DNA of 64,000 nt from Gemmatimonadales bacterium. GTDB taxonomy: Bacteria; Gemmatimonadota; Gemmatimonadetes; Gemmatimonadales; GWC2-71-9. The DNA is taken from assembly GCA_965249575.1 (NCBI GenBank), contig OZ252244.1, positions 2,176,001-2,240,000 on the forward strand, written 5' to 3'. Positions 49,174-58,880 of the stretch are shown piece by piece (the first letter of the stretch is position 1; every line of letters begins with the position of its first letter). The notes under the pieces were generated by a model that saw only the letters and a list, made by a program, of their open reading frames with translations, searched no databases and had not been told where the DNA came from. A program made the position numbers and the translations under genes.

Positions 49174-50459
49174 TCATCCGGAACCGTCTCCCAACGGCTG
49201 CCCGGCTATCCACACGGCTTCGAGCGTTTTCGTATTCCTTATGTCGACCAAGGGGGGTCCGCGCCAAGGACGAGAAAATCCGCCCATTTCCCCTCAGCCA
49301 GCGTTCCCACGTCACTCAACCCCAGGCATCGCGCTGCGTCACCCGTCGCCGCCACCAGAACCTGCATCGGTGACAGGCCGGCGTCGACCATCATCTCCAG
49401 TTCCAGGTGAGCGAAGTATCCCTGGAAACGACCTGGGGGACCGGTGTCCGTTCCGAGCGCCAATCTAACCCCGGCATCCGAAAGGGTCGCGAGATTTCTC
49501 GTCGCGACCTTGAGCGCCCTCTTGTTGAGCTGCGTGCTTGGGTTTTCTCCCACATCTTGCTGCCGTGCCGGGTCGCTCAGCTGCTCCAAAACAACCGGAT
49601 CGGCTTCTGCCAAGAAGAATGGGTCGCTGAAGAAGCTCGGAATTGACTCGTATGCGAAGGTCGACAGGTCGCGGGTGAGGGTGGGTGTGAGGCAGACCTC
49701 CCGATCGCGCATCAGGTCAACGAGGTCGTCGTCGACTTTCCGGTCCCGCACGCTGTGCGCGAGAAAATCCACACCGGCGCGGAGCAGTGATTTCGCGTCG
49801 TCCAGATAGAAGAGATGAGCGGCTACTCGCAGTCCGCGTTCGTGGGCGCGCTCGATTACGGCCCCGTAGATGGCGGGTGACATCTTCTCTCGCGTCCCGA
49901 GAAAATCGTCGACGCGGATCTTGATGTAGTCGACGCCCAGGGCCGCATTTCGATCCACGAGTGCGAGTGCTTCAGCCGGTGTCTCGCCTATGACCACCGT
50001 CCCGGCGGCGTGCAGTCGCGCTCGGTCGAGGGTCGGGATGTCCTGGTTGTCCCTGACTCTGATGCCAGCCTCACCGTCCCCACCGAGGCTGTTTACAGTT
50101 GTCACTCCGTAACGAGCGTACAACCGTAGCTGCCTGAGCACGTTTTCTTCGGAGTAGTGACCCGTCTCGAGGCCTCGCGAGTCGCCCACGTGCACGTGTG
50201 TGTTGATCAATCCAGGAACGATCACTTTGTCAGTCACGTCCACGATGTTCGCGCCGGGTGGTACCTCGACCGCGTTTCGCGGCGCGACAACCTCAATGCG
50301 TCCTCCGCGAAGGAGCATGGTGGCATTGCGGAGGGGCGCGCTCCCCGTACCATCGATCACCGTGGCTCCCACTAACGCGGTAGTCCCGTCGCCGTTTGGC
50401 GCGCAGGCGGCTGCGAGTGCGACCAATCCCAACGACGTCACAGCGGCAAGTGGTCTCAT
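49174..50459 (-). pseudogene. Amidohydrolase family lipoprotein with a frameshift near its 3' end
   Basis: Lipobox AAAC, PGLINTHVH, GTD, ADFLVLGADP then a premature stop at 49239. The expected tail LVDIRNTKTLEAVWIAG continues in another frame across a 6-base C run (49252-49257). Confidence 0.75.
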
Positions 50460-50795
50460 GAACACGTCTCCGTAATCGGATTCACCTGCGGAGTACTCAA
50501 GCGCTCGTTTGCCTTAAATGTACCAGCCGAGGTCACCGGCGTAAAGCAGGAACCGGCCGGTGTAGGATCGCATCATACTTCCTAACTCCTCTGTCGACAT
50601 CACTTAGAGCGACGACTTCGCCTCCTACCTTCGATCGCGGCCACAAGTCGCAGTCATGAGAATCACTTAGGCCAATGATCCATCCTCGGGTGATGTCCGT
50701 CACGGTAGAGACTGTGCCGATTGGCGCAGGGTGAACCTGCGTGCCGAGGACGATCCGTCGGCATGCTCGGCGCTTGCCAAGCTAAGGAGTGAGAG

Positions 50796-52064
50796 ATGTT
50801 CGAATCGTTCATGACCTTCGTGCCCGTGGAATGGCGCGGTGCTTTTGCGCTCCTCAGCGCGCCCATCGCCTGGGTACCGTCCTGGCACCTCGCTATCGTG
50901 GATTTTGCGTGGCACGGCGAAGGCGTCGCTGCGGTGTTGTCGAAGCGAGTCTTCTTGCTCCTGCCGGTCCTCTTGCTCGTAGTCGCCGTATGGTCGACCA
51001 TGGCCTCGCTGTACACGCTTCCGTTCCGGTCGCGCCGGGGGGGCTTCGTGACCGCGTTGCTGATGGCCTGGTGGGAGACGGGAAGAAGCATTTGGCTGTT
51101 CTGGGCGGGCTTCGGACGCTTGGGCGTGGTGTTGGTCGGTTGGCTGTGGGGGGCGCTCAGGCTCGGCTTGCGCATCGTCGGTGGTGCGGCGAAAGGGGTC
51201 GTGCAGTCGCCCCTTGTGCTGCTCGACTGGACCACCCGGAGCTATTTCAAGCCGGGCGTTCCGTGGATCGCGTTTCTCGCGCTGCTCGTCTGGTGTGCCG
51301 TGGAATCTACGATCTTCATGTACACCTTGAGCCCAACGCTGAACGAGGTGCTGGCGGGCATCACGGGGTTCGAACCGAACCCGTACGTCATGGCCCCGGT
51401 GCTCTGGGCGTTCCTGTTTTTCTTGGTTCTCGGGAGCTTCGCCTGCATTCAGGTGCTGGGCGAGGCCATTGAGCGCAGACGGGTGTCCGGAATCATCCAG
51501 ATGCTCTTCGTTGAGTTCTTCGTCATGTTCTTCGAGGTGATATTCCTGTACCGAGAGCTCGTCGACGCGGTAACGCCGTGGATCGCGCAGCAAACGAGCG
51601 AGGCAATTCAACTCGGCATCGGTTCGACGCTCGTCCTGGCATCATTCGGGTGGATTGGGGTCCGGGGGATGACTTGGTTCCTTTTCGGGCGGTTCGGTAC
51701 GCCAGCGGTGATCTCGGTACTGGCCCGCGAAACCATCACACGGGACCAGCCCGGGGTACCCGCACCGTTGCCCGCGCAGACGGACTTCCTGGGCGATGCC
51801 GTAGCCGCGCTCAAGGCCGAGAGCCGCTGGTTCGAAGCGGAGGCACTCCGCCTCTTTGAGCTCGTATCGCTACCAGTGCTGCAGCTACTGGCGCCGGCGG
51901 TGAATTTCGTCGTCGTTGTGGTCCTGTCGAGGCCGATTTTCAACCTACCGTTCAAGAACCTGAGCCAGGTCATGGCTGCGACGCCCAAATGGGCGCGTAT
52001 CGGCGACGCGGCCCCGGTGGTGTCTGGTGAGCCGGCGATGGCCGCAACGGGGGGTGGGGAGTGA
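50796..52064 (+). CDS. Hypothetical polytopic membrane protein
   Basis: 422 aa with many hydrophobic segments; AAGGAG Shine-Dalgarno. Confidence 0.8.
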   Translation: MFESFMTFVPVEWRGAFALLSAPIAWVPSWHLAIVDFAWHGEGVAAVLSKRVFLLLPVLLLVVAVWSTMASLYTLPFRSRRGGFVTALLMAWWETGRSIWLFWAGFGRLGVVLVGWLWGALRLGLRIVGGAAKGVVQSPLVLLDWTTRSYFKPGVPWIAFLALLVWCAVESTIFMYTLSPTLNEVLAGITGFEPNPYVMAPVLWAFLFFLVLGSFACIQVLGEAIERRRVSGIIQMLFVEFFVMFFEVIFLYRELVDAVTPWIAQQTSEAIQLGIGSTLVLASFGWIGVRGMTWFLFGRFGTPAVISVLARETITRDQPGVPAPLPAQTDFLGDAVAALKAESRWFEAEALRLFELVSLPVLQLLAPAVNFVVVVVLSRPIFNLPFKNLSQVMAATPKWARIGDAAPVVSGEPAMAATGGGE

Positions 52065-52822
52065 GGCCCCGAACGATGACTCGGGCTGTTCTCGCGACCG
52101 CTGGGATGCTCGGAACTCTTGGTTGCGCGATGCCGGCCGGGTCCGATAGAGTGCCCAAGTCGACCCTGGTGATTGGGATGGATGTGAGTGGCTCGTTCCG
52201 GCGGCATCATGCGGACGCCATCGAGTTCACCGCTCACTATCTCTATGGTCACCTGAACGGGCTGGGTGAGTTGCGAAAGCCTTCAGCCATCTTCGTGGGT
52301 TCCGTCGGCGGCGGGAGCCCGGGTGAAGCAAAGTCGTTTCAGCCGATTCACGCGTTCCACAACAAGAACGTGGACGAGATCGCCGACTTGCTGCGCCAGC
52401 TGTATCCCACGGAAGACTCGTACACTGACTTCAACGCCTTCTTCGATCGAATCGCCACGCTGGTCAAGCGTCAGGGATTGGTTCTCGCGCCGCTCAATAT
52501 CGTGATTCTGAGCGATGGGCTCCCTGATGTGACCGGTCGGCATGGAGCCGGCGGTGATCCCTACGCGGCGATCGACCTGGCCCCGCTTGAGTACCTGTCG
52601 CGCAGCGTGAGTGTGCGTCTACTGTATGCTTCACCGACTGTCGCCGTGGATTGGGAGCGGCGCATTCCCCGCCGACGTGTGCGAATGTGGACGGTCGACG
52701 GGCCCGTGATGGTTGGTTGGCGAGAGCAGCTTCAGAGCGTCGGAGGCCTGGAGCAACAGGACGCACTCTGGAAATGGGTCAATGATAACGTCGACTTCCG
52801 GGTGCGGAGTCGGAGGCTGTAA
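52061..52822 (+). CDS. vWA-domain lipoprotein
   Basis: Lipobox TLGC, MIDAS DVSGS ... LSDG; overlaps the stop of the membrane protein. Confidence 0.75.
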   Translation: MRPRTMTRAVLATAGMLGTLGCAMPAGSDRVPKSTLVIGMDVSGSFRRHHADAIEFTAHYLYGHLNGLGELRKPSAIFVGSVGGGSPGEAKSFQPIHAFHNKNVDEIADLLRQLYPTEDSYTDFNAFFDRIATLVKRQGLVLAPLNIVILSDGLPDVTGRHGAGGDPYAAIDLAPLEYLSRSVSVRLLYASPTVAVDWERRIPRRRVRMWTVDGPVMVGWREQLQSVGGLEQQDALWKWVNDNVDFRVRSRRL

Positions 52823-53387
52823 GCGATTGGATGTCCCGGTGGCGGAAACACGTGACCAAGTGGTCGTTTACCAGGCCCGCGGCCTGCATGAATGCATAGC
52901 AGATAACGGAGCCCACGAACTTGAAGCCGCGCTCTCTGAGCGCGGCGCTCACTGCATCTGACTTATCGGTTTGGGCAGGCACCTCCGCCATCGAGCGCCA
53001 GCGGTTCTGGATGGGCGCGCCGCCGACGAAGTCCCAGATGAAACGATCAAAGGAACCCTGCTCGTCCCGTACCGCCAGGAACGCGCGTGCGTTTCCTAGG
53101 GTTGCTTCGATCTTCTGGCGGTTCCGGACGATGTCTGAGTTCTTGAGCAGTTGCTTCACCGTACGTGAGGTGTAACGGGCGATTCTCTCGGGATCGAACC
53201 CATCGAACGCGTCGCGAAACCCCTCTCGTTTGTTCAAGATGATTGCCCAGCTGAGGCCTGCCTGAAAAGCGTCGAGCACCATGAACTCGAAGAGCTTCTG
53301 ATCCGAGTGTACGGGGACGCCCCACTCGGTATCGTGATAGGCGATCATCAAATCGCTGCCCGCAGCCCACCCACAACGTTGGGTCAC
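52779..53387 (-). CDS. tag: DNA-3-methyladenine glycosylase I
   Basis: RCGW, YHDTEWG, FQAGLSW, RNRQKI, GFKFVG, NDHLVTC. Confidence 0.95.
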   Translation of the reverse strand: MTQRCGWAAGSDLMIAYHDTEWGVPVHSDQKLFEFMVLDAFQAGLSWAIILNKREGFRDAFDGFDPERIARYTSRTVKQLLKNSDIVRNRQKIEATLGNARAFLAVRDEQGSFDRFIWDFVGGAPIQNRWRSMAEVPAQTDKSDAVSAALRERGFKFVGSVICYAFMQAAGLVNDHLVTCFRHRDIQSLTASDSAPGSRRYH

Positions 53388-53498
53388 GCGGCCTCTATCA
53401 AGGTGGCTTGACCCTGGGGTCCGCTCGATGGTCCGCGAACCTGGGTGAAACGAACGCGCGAAACCGGCGTACGGAGGTGCAGGAAGGCGGACCGCCGC

Positions 53499-54284
53499 AT
53501 GACCGCTGATTCGGCTGACCACATCCGCGAGCGACTCTCTCGCTTGCGTGCCGAGGCCTTCGAGGAATGGGAGCGGCGCAGCGTGCCTGCGCTACCCAGA
53601 GAGCGTCGCACCTCGCGGAGTGGCGGCCGGCTAGGGATCACGGGTGTCGTTCTAGTCATTCCGGCGGCCCTCGCGCTCCCGTTTTTCGTGCTCGTGCGCG
53701 GATCGGTGTTCTTCTACCAACACCATGGCCTGCCCGATTGGCTGGCGCTGAGCACGGCCGCATCACTCAGTTTCATCTTGGCAACAGCCTATGCATCCTG
53801 GATCTCGCGAAAACTTACGGGCAAACCGCGAATCGCTACGGTCGGCAAGCGAGTAGCGGCTCCGCTGGTAGCATGCTACTGCTGCGCACTGTTGTACCTA
53901 GCGGGAGTCAATGCGAAATCGCCATCCGTGCGTGAGCAATTCACGGCGCTCCACCTGGTGCTGAGAGTGGCTCTCTCGACGATCATACTCGTGGACTCGG
54001 ATCTCGTGGTAACGAGCACGCGGCGGGCCCTGGGGGACTACCGGGGGATGGGACTGCCCGAGTACGCGGCGAGCCTGCACTTGCCGCAGTGGGACGGATG
54101 GGTTCATGCGGTCGATCTCCGCACTCGCGGCCGTAGCGCAACGCAGAACTCTCTGATGGCGTTCTATTTTCGCGCTATGGGCTTTCGGACACTGCGCCAC
54201 CGCGGCACGGCCGACCATCTGCACGTTTCCCTGGGGATGCAGCAGGATTCCTTGGCCCCCTACGCCCCACGAACTGGAACCTGA
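53499..54284 (+). CDS. Membrane protein with possible C-terminal M15/LAS-type zinc peptidase-like motif
   Basis: Three transmembrane segments, then VVTSTRR, SLH...G..HAVDLR and DHLHVS. Confidence 0.6.
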   Translation: MTADSADHIRERLSRLRAEAFEEWERRSVPALPRERRTSRSGGRLGITGVVLVIPAALALPFFVLVRGSVFFYQHHGLPDWLALSTAASLSFILATAYASWISRKLTGKPRIATVGKRVAAPLVACYCCALLYLAGVNAKSPSVREQFTALHLVLRVALSTIILVDSDLVVTSTRRALGDYRGMGLPEYAASLHLPQWDGWVHAVDLRTRGRSATQNSLMAFYFRAMGFRTLRHRGTADHLHVSLGMQQDSLAPYAPRTGT

Positions 54285-54321
54285 CGTCGCGACAACTGCG
54301 CCGGACGATGGTCGCGAAAGC

Positions 54322-54798
54322 CTAAACGTGTGCTACCTCGGTCGTGATCGCCACGCACCCCTCGATCGAACGGGCGACGGGGCAGGAGTGAGCGTGTGAC
54401 TGCCGCACCCGCTCGACAAGTTCTTCCCTGTCCGCTTTCCCCTTCAATCGGTAGGTGACGTGGATGCGCTTGATGACGAGTACTTTCCCATCCTTCGCGA
54501 CGTCGCCGCGCACCTCCCCAACGAGATCGTCTCGGTCCAGCTCAACTCCGCGCGCTGCCAGCGCGCCGGCAAAGGTGCCGGTCAGTCAGCCACCGGCCGC
54601 GGCAATGACGTAATCGATCGTCGTGGCGTGTGACTCCGTTTGGGATACGTCGACTCCATAATGCTCGGCGATTGCGCCATGGACGCCGAAGAAAACGGGA
54701 TCCTCCTCGGCGGGGATGGTGGCACTGCGGAGCGGCCCGCCGAGCCTCCGGATAGTGACGTGCGATGTGTACACGGACTGGTCCAATTCTCCTCCCAT
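54322..54798 (-). CDS. OsmC-family protein, selenocysteine-containing
   Basis: The two tracked ORFs (54586-54843, 54322-54513) share a frame: IDYVIAAAGG-UGA-LTGTFAGAL...HSCPVARSI. The UGA sits at the first catalytic Cys position. Confidence 0.85.
54566..54585 (-). promoter_or_regulatory. Candidate SECIS hairpin of the OsmC-like gene
   Basis: UGA-CUGA-CCGGCA-CCUU-UGCCGG. Confidence 0.55.
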
Positions 54799-54882
54799 AG
54801 CGAACGAGGGCGAGCCGGCGGGACGGCGCTGCGGCCTCACCAAAGACAGACCACAAACGGTGGTCGTCTCTTGAGGGTGCGG

Positions 54883-55164
54883 TTACCCCTCGAGGCCGAG
54901 AGAGAAGGCAGCTTCCAGATCGTGGCGGGAATACGTACGAAACGCGATCAGCGTTTCGGTGTGTTGTATGCTCTCCACCTTGAGCAGCTGTTTCGTCACC
55001 ACGTCGGCAACCTCGTCGTTCGATCGCACGCGGAGGATGGCCACGAGGTCATAGCGCCCGCTGATGGAGTAGACCTCCGAGATCCCGGGGGTCTCCGCCA
55101 GTCCCTCGGCCACCTCGTTGATCTTGTCACGTTGGACGTTCAGCAGAACGATTGCCGTCACCAT
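54883..55164 (-). CDS. Lrp/AsnC ligand-binding domain protein
   Basis: MVTAIVLLNV...EVYSISGRYDLVA...TETLIAF; no helix-turn-helix. Confidence 0.88.
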   Translation of the reverse strand: MVTAIVLLNVQRDKINEVAEGLAETPGISEVYSISGRYDLVAILRVRSNDEVADVVTKQLLKVESIQHTETLIAFRTYSRHDLEAAFSLGLEG

Positions 55165-55353
55165 TGGCACGCCCACCTTTCCGATCACGAGGCGGTTCGG
55201 GAGGCTGGCTCCGGACCTCCGTCCCGCCCGCCCGTTGGCGTCAAGATACGGAGTTGAAGCCTCACCGGCCAACCAGCCCACTCGCTCGGCACGGGGGGCG
55301 CCGTATGGTGGCTGCGCGACCCGCGACGGGAGCCGCGTATCTATATATACGGA

Positions 55354-55917
55354 ATGTCAGCGCTGACGGGGGCCGTGAACGGAGTTCGAGCGACTCTTGA
55401 CGAAATCGCGATCCGGCGGGCCAGGTCTGGCGATCTCCAGGCGCTGGAGCACGTGTATCGCGCCTTCGAGGGGCTGGTCTATAGCATCGCCCGCAGGATG
55501 TGTGCGACCTCCGAGGATGCGGAGGACGTGCTCCAGGAAACGTTTCTCGAGGTCTGCCGGAGCATCGGTCGGTTTCGGGGAACCGGCGCCGGCAGCCTGA
55601 CGGCATGGATCAAGCGGATTGCCGCGAGCAAGGCGCTCCTGCGGATCCGCTACGAGAAATATCGGGAGTCTGACGAGCTCGACGAGGATGGAATGCACGA
55701 CGCACGGCGCGGGTCAGACGTCCCGCTGCAGCTGGATCTGGAGGCTGCGCTGGCGGAGCTGTCCGATACCTCCCGCGCCGTCGTGTGGCTGCACGATGTC
55801 GAGGGGTACACACACGAGGAGATTGCGGAGCTGATGGGCAAGACAGTGAGCTTCTCGAAGTCCCAGCTTGCCCGGGCGCACAAGCGGCTCCGAGTTACGC
55901 TTGGTGGAGTGTTGTAA
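55354..55917 (+). CDS. ECF RNA polymerase sigma factor
   Basis: DAEDVLQETF region 2; HDVEGYTHEEIAELMG..SKSQLARA region 4. Confidence 0.93.
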   Translation: MSALTGAVNGVRATLDEIAIRRARSGDLQALEHVYRAFEGLVYSIARRMCATSEDAEDVLQETFLEVCRSIGRFRGTGAGSLTAWIKRIAASKALLRIRYEKYRESDELDEDGMHDARRGSDVPLQLDLEAALAELSDTSRAVVWLHDVEGYTHEEIAELMGKTVSFSKSQLARAHKRLRVTLGGVL

Positions 55918-55919
55918 CG

Positions 55920-56510
55920 ATGAACCACTGCACGATGGAGCAGTTATTGGCCGTGCGAAACGGTGAGGAGACGGCGTCGTGCCGCGCTCACATCGATGCC
56001 TGCGAAGTGTGTCGGCGAGAGCTGGACCTGGTGTACCAGCGGGCGGCCGGACTCCGGGCACTGCCTGCCCTGAGAGCCCCGCGCGACCGCTGGGGCATCG
56101 TGCGGGCCCAAATGCAGCTGGAGCGCCGCCGCCGGCTGTGGCGGTGGACGCGCCGCGGCGCGGTCGCCGTAGCGGCGTCGCTCGCCCTCGTATTCGGTGG
56201 GCGTTCACTGCTCGAGCAACAACAGGAGGTCGCGCGGGCCGATGACCTCTCGGCTCTGCTGGATGCGTCGGGGCGATTGGAGGATGCCCTTCGCCGGTTC
56301 GATCCGACGAGCCGGGTGCTGAGCAGCACCTCGGCCGCGGCTGTGGCGGACATCGAAGATCGGATCGCCGTGATCGATGCCCAGCTGGCGGAGCTGAATA
56401 CCGGCAACGCGGGACAACAAGAACTGGTTGAACTGTGGCGCGAGCGGGTCGGGCTCATGGATGCGCTGGTCGGCGTCCACCTCTCCCGTGCCGCGTACGT
56501 CGGGCTGTAG
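55920..56510 (+). CDS. Anti-sigma factor (zf-HC2 with one transmembrane segment)
   Basis: H..HIDACEVC (HxxxCxxC); directly follows the ECF gene. Confidence 0.85.
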   Translation: MNHCTMEQLLAVRNGEETASCRAHIDACEVCRRELDLVYQRAAGLRALPALRAPRDRWGIVRAQMQLERRRRLWRWTRRGAVAVAASLALVFGGRSLLEQQQEVARADDLSALLDASGRLEDALRRFDPTSRVLSSTSAAAVADIEDRIAVIDAQLAELNTGNAGQQELVELWRERVGLMDALVGVHLSRAAYVGL

Positions 56511-56528
56511 CCCGGGGAAGGATGCTGT

Positions 56529-57446
56529 ATGCGTGAGAAGTCTCTCAGGGCGGTGCTAGCCGTGATGTTGGCGCTCGTCGCCGCGCCTCCGGTGGCGAGC
56601 CAGGAACCAGATCGCCGAGGAATCGAGCGCGAACTCGAGGAAGCCGAACGGGAGGTGCGGGAGCTCCGCAAGAAGCTCCGCCAGACGTCGCGAGACGAAG
56701 AGCGGTACTTGGTTCGCCCGAGCCGCTTTATCTCGAATCGTGCGCGGCTGGGGCTCGTTGTGCAGGGGGCGCCTCGCCCGGCCACCGACTCCACCGGGGC
56801 CTGGGTTCAGGCCGTTTCCCCCGGCGGCCCCGCGGATGGAGCGGGCCTGCGCGCCGGCGATATCGTGGTCGCGGTGAATGGTGAGCCGCTGGGCGGGAGG
56901 GCGCCTGGGCAGAGGCTGGTGGAACTGGTCGGCGAGCTGGAAACGGGAGATACCGCGAGCGTTGACTACTCGCGCGATGGGGCGCGAAGCACTGCCCGGA
57001 TCGTCGCACGAATCCTCGGCGCCCGGGATTTCGCCTTCGCCTTTTCCGATTCGCTGGAATTCGAGGTCCGTGGAATGCGGGAACCGCTCGAGAATGCGCT
57101 CGAGAGCATCCGCGAGCTCGACGTCAGGATCTCCATGCCACGCGGATGGATGGACATGGAACTCGTGTCGATGAACGATCAGCTTGGCGAGTATTTCGGC
57201 ACGACGGACGGATTGCTCGTCATCCGTGCTCCGAGAGACGGTGCGCTCAACCTGCGGAGTGGAGACGTCATCTTGAGCATCGACGGACGTGCGCCGTACA
57301 GCCCTTCGCAGGCCGTGAGAATCCTCAGGTCGTACGAACCCGGAGAATCGGTCGAGCTCCACATCCTTCGACACAAGAAGAAGACGACGGTGACGGGCTC
57401 CGTGCCCGAGCGGGATCGAGGTCTCTGGACCGAAAAGCGTTACTAG
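56529..57446 (+). CDS. Exported tandem-PDZ domain protein
   Basis: Signal peptide, GGPADGAGLRAGDIVVAVNG, LRSGDVILSIDG. Confidence 0.88.
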   Translation: MREKSLRAVLAVMLALVAAPPVASQEPDRRGIERELEEAEREVRELRKKLRQTSRDEERYLVRPSRFISNRARLGLVVQGAPRPATDSTGAWVQAVSPGGPADGAGLRAGDIVVAVNGEPLGGRAPGQRLVELVGELETGDTASVDYSRDGARSTARIVARILGARDFAFAFSDSLEFEVRGMREPLENALESIRELDVRISMPRGWMDMELVSMNDQLGEYFGTTDGLLVIRAPRDGALNLRSGDVILSIDGRAPYSPSQAVRILRSYEPGESVELHILRHKKKTTVTGSVPERDRGLWTEKRY

Positions 57447-57742
57447 AGCCGTCCCGATAACAGCAGCAGGGCGCCCACCCCGGGGCGCCACCTCGTCGAG
57501 GTCGCTGGCTAATGCATGCGCCAGCGTTCAGGACCTACCTGGCCCAGCCGGAAGCAGCTGCGCGGCGGCTCCCTCCCTGTCCTACAGCCTTCCTCCGCCT
57601 CCGCCCGGGCGGCCGCAACCGTCGGTCAGCTACACGCCCCCCTGGGGGCGTGCCGGCGACGGTGAGTTGCGGGCTCGGCGCGCGAGCGACATCGTAGAGG
57701 CTTCGATGGGCAGCTCCGCAACCCGAGCCAGGAGACAGACCA

Positions 57743-58162
57743 ATGGCCGACCAGTTCTGGATCGCAGCCTATCCCTGGATTCACTTGGTGGGTCGGATTC
57801 TCTTTTCGGCACTCTTCATCATGCTCGGAATGGGACACTTCGCCAAATCGAAGGACATGACCGCGTACGCCGCGGCAAAAGGCGTTCCGGCGCCAAAGGC
57901 CGCCGTTTCGATCACCGGTGCGATGATCCTCGTAGGCGGGGTCTTAGTACTTCTTGGGTGGCATCGGTTCATTGGGGCGGGGCTCATCGTCCTCTTCACG
58001 GTTTCTTCGGCTTTCACGATGCACGCCTTTTGGAAGGAAACCGACCCTGCGACGATGCAAAACGAGATGGCACATTTCCTCAAGGACCTCGCTCTGGCGG
58101 GCGGTGCCCTCTTCATTGCCTACCACAGCGGCATGACGTGGCCAATGAGCTTGGGCGGGTGA
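57743..58162 (+). CDS. DoxX family membrane protein
   Basis: GRILFSALF, MHAFW, FLKDLALAGG. Confidence 0.9.
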   Translation: MADQFWIAAYPWIHLVGRILFSALFIMLGMGHFAKSKDMTAYAAAKGVPAPKAAVSITGAMILVGGVLVLLGWHRFIGAGLIVLFTVSSAFTMHAFWKETDPATMQNEMAHFLKDLALAGGALFIAYHSGMTWPMSLGG

Positions 58163-58245
58163 CAGACTACCTACCAGCCGTTCCCGTGACGGTCGCCTCG
58201 CTGGAGGATTCCCTGATCGAGTAGTCCCGCAATCTCCCAGAGGGG

Positions 58246-58285
58246 TTGACAGGCGCTGTTGTAAGATATATCGTATCGATATATC
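58246..58285 (+). promoter_or_regulatory. padR promoter with overlapping palindromic operator
   Basis: TTGACA-N17-TATCGT; perfect inverted repeat GATATATCG-TAT-CGATATATC at 58265-58285. Confidence 0.8.
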
Positions 58286-58336
58286 AAATAGTTATGTCGT
58301 GTATTAGCGTGGCTAGGGTCGCGCGAGGAGGTCTCC

Positions 58337-58876
58337 ATGGTAGGTCAAGGCTGGGCGTTCCGTTTCGATCCCGGGCAATGGGGTTTCTGGAGCCAAAGCG
58401 GCCGGACACGCCGGGGACAGTGGTTCGAGTCCGGCGATATGAAGTACGTGATCCTCAAGCTGCTTCGAGACAAGCCGATGCACGGCTACGAGGTCATGAA
58501 AGCGCTGGAGGAGCAGACCCGCGGTTGCTACAAGCCCTCACCGGGCACCGTGTACCCCACGCTCACGTGGCTGGAAGACGAGGGGTTGGTAAAGTCCGAC
58601 GAAGTTGACGGGAAGAAGGTGTACTCCGTCACCGAGGCGGGCCGCTCGTTCCTCGAGGAGCACAAGTCAACCGTCGAGGGCATCTTCGAGCGTGTCGCCG
58701 ATACGATCGAGCGGTTGGTGAGCGAGCCAATGCCGGAGGTGAACCGAGGCATCGGCCGGGTTGTGAGTCAGGCATACCGTGCGGCGTGGAAGCTGAGCGG
58801 TGATCAGGCGCGGCGGGGGAAGATCTCCGAGATTCTCGAGCGCACGGCGAAGGATCTCGGAGAATTGGCCAGCTAG
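58337..58876 (+). CDS. PadR family transcriptional regulator
   Basis: ILKLLRDKPMHGYE, PSPGTVYPTL, KKVYSVTEAG. Confidence 0.93.
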   Translation: MVGQGWAFRFDPGQWGFWSQSGRTRRGQWFESGDMKYVILKLLRDKPMHGYEVMKALEEQTRGCYKPSPGTVYPTLTWLEDEGLVKSDEVDGKKVYSVTEAGRSFLEEHKSTVEGIFERVADTIERLVSEPMPEVNRGIGRVVSQAYRAAWKLSGDQARRGKISEILERTAKDLGELAS

Positions 58877-58880
58877 CTGG

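Noticed and set aside
57512..57700. Possible SRP or other ncRNA (CCGGAAGCAGC)
   Set aside because: Lacks the full TCAGG..GGAA..AGCAG helix of SRP RNA and shows no supportable structure.
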